Shown here piece by piece: positions 61,939-64,000 of a stretch of 64,000 nucleotides of DNA. Within the stretch, counting starts at the first letter, position 1. The number at the start of each line of letters is the position of its first letter. The notes beneath the pieces were generated by a model. That model saw only the letters and a program-made list of their open reading frames with translations, did not search any database and was not told where the DNA came from. The stretch is from Pristiophorus japonicus (Eukaryota), in assembly GCF_044704955.1 (NCBI RefSeq), contig NC_091991.1, positions 114,886,001 to 114,950,000 of the forward strand, read 5' to 3'. A program made the translations under genes and the position numbers.

Positions 61939-64000
61939 TGATCATGCACTTCAGTACCCCATTCTTGCTTTCTCTCCATACTCCTTGATTCCTGTAGCCG
62001 TAAGGGCCACCCCTTTTGAATATATCTAAGAACTTTCTGTGGTAGACAATTCCACATGCTCATAACTCTCTGAGTGAAGAAGTTTCTCCTCATCTTGGTC
62101 CTAAATGGCTTACCCCTTATCCTTAGACTGTGACCCCTGGTTCTGGACTTCCCAACATCGAGAACATTCTTCCTGCATCTAACCTGTCCAATCCGGTCAG
62201 AATTTTATGTTTTATGAGATCCCCTCTCATTCTTCTAAACTCCAGTGAATACAGGCCCAGTCGATCCAGTCTCTCCTCATATGTCAGTCCTGTCATCCCG
62301 GGAATCAGCCTGGTGAACCTTCGCTGCACTCCCTCAATAGCAAGAATGTCCTTCCTCAGATTAGGAGACCAAAACTGTACACAATATTCAAGGTGTGGCC
62401 TCACCAAGGCCCTGTACAACTGTAGTAAGACCTCCCTGCTCCTATACTCAAATTCTCGCTATGAAGGCCAACATGCCATTTGCCTTCTTCACCACCTGCT
62501 GTACCTGTATGCCAACTTTCAATGACTGATGTACCATGAGACCAAGGTCTCGTTGCACCTCCCCTTTTACTAATCTGTCACCATTCAGATAATAATCTGC
62601 CTTCGTGTTTTTACCACCAAAGTGGATAACCTCACATTTATCTACTTTATACCACATCTGCCATGTATTTGCCCACCTAACCTGGCCAAGTCACCCTGCA
62701 GCCTCTTAGCATCCTCCTCACAGCTCACACTGCCACCCAGCTTAATGTCATCTGAAAACTTGGAGATATTACATTCAATTCCTTCGTCTAAATCATTAAT
62801 GTATTATTGTAAATAGCTGGGGTCCCAGCACTGAACCTTGTGGTACCCCACGAGTCACTGCTTGCCATTCTGAAAAGGACCCGTTTATTTCTACTCTTTG
62901 CTTCCTGTCTGCCAACCAGTTCTCTATCCACGTCAGTACATTATCCCCAATACCATGTGCTTTAATTTTGCACACCAATCTCTTGTGTGGGACCTTGTCA
63001 AAAGCCTTTTGAAAGTCTAAATACACCATATCCACTAGCTCTCCCTTGTCCACTCTACTGGTTAAATCCTCAAAAAATTCTAGAAGATTTATCAAGCATG
63101 AGTTCCCTTTCATAAATCCATGCTGACTTGGACCGATCCTGTCACTGCTTTCCAAATGTGCTGCTATTTCATCTTCAATAATTGATTCCAACATTTTCCC
63201 CACCACCGATGTCAGACTAACTGGTCTATAATTCCCTGTTTTCTCTCTCCCTCCTTTTTTAAAAAGTGGGGTTACATTAGCTACGCTCCAGTCCATAGGT
63301 ACTGGTCCAGAGTCTATAGAATGTGGAAAATTACCACCAATGCATCCACTATTTCTAGGGCCACTTCCTTAAGTACTCTGGGATGCAGACTATCAGGCCC
63401 TAGGGATTTATCGGCCTTCAATCCCATCAATTTCCCCAACACAATTTGCTGACTAATAAGGATTTCCTTTAGTTCCTCCTTTTCGCTCGACCCTCGGTCC
63501 CCTAGTATTTCCGGAAGGTTATTTGTGTCTTCCTTAGTGAAGACAGAAGCAAAGTACTTGTTCAATTGGTCTGCCATTTATTTGTTTCCCATTATAAATT
63601 CACCTGATTCTGAATGTAAGGGACATTTGTCTTCACTAATCTTTTTCTCTTCACGTATCTGTAGAAGCTATTGCAGTCAGTTTTTATGTTCTCTGCAAGC
63701 TTACTCTCATATTCTATTTTCCCCCTCCTAATTAAACCCTTTGTCCTCCTCTGCTGAATTCTAAATTTCTCCCAGTCCTCAGGTTTGCTGCTTTTTTTGG
63801 CCAATTTATATGCCTCTTCCTTGGATTTAACACTATCCCTAATTTCCCTTGTAAGCCACGGTTGAGCCACCTTCCCCGTTTTAATTTTACGCCAGACAGG
63901 GATGTTCATCCATGTGATCTTTAAATGTCTGCCATTGCCTATCCACCATCAACCCTTTAAGTATCATTCGCCAGTCTATCCTAGCCAATTCACGTCTCAT
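61939..64000 (-). mobile_element. CR1 ORF2 3' half, runs off the right edge
   Basis: RT fragments 62123-63909. Confidence 0.94.

Overview
Eukaryotic, repeat-dense DNA, almost certainly vertebrate. A cartilaginous fish is my inference from the DeuSINE/SacSINE1-like SINEs and the CR1, RTE and Harbinger families present. I found no intact host gene, so the window looks intergenic or intronic. It is a nested mosaic of: at least eight CR1 LINE copies or fragments; three complete-structure but disabled Gypsy (Mag/K02A2.6-like) LTR retrotransposons with 5-bp TSDs, plus a fourth Gypsy fragment; a 7.3-kb endogenous retrovirus (15866-23151, GTTT TSD, tRNA-Leu PBS) with broken gag/pol but an open 459-aa env whose TM subunit resembles filovirus GP2/ASLV TM; a decayed second env plus a probable LTR (about 4900-7050) resembling the F-protein-like env of lokiretroviruses; PIF/Harbinger elements (Myb-like gene plus transposase) and Harbinger-type MITEs; DeuSINEs and L2/RTE fragments; minisatellites; and a deleted SNX18 pseudogene with a 42-bp tandem expansion lying between the two halves of a small hAT-like element. 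Family names come from recalled motifs, not database searches. Boundaries without a TSD are approximate.
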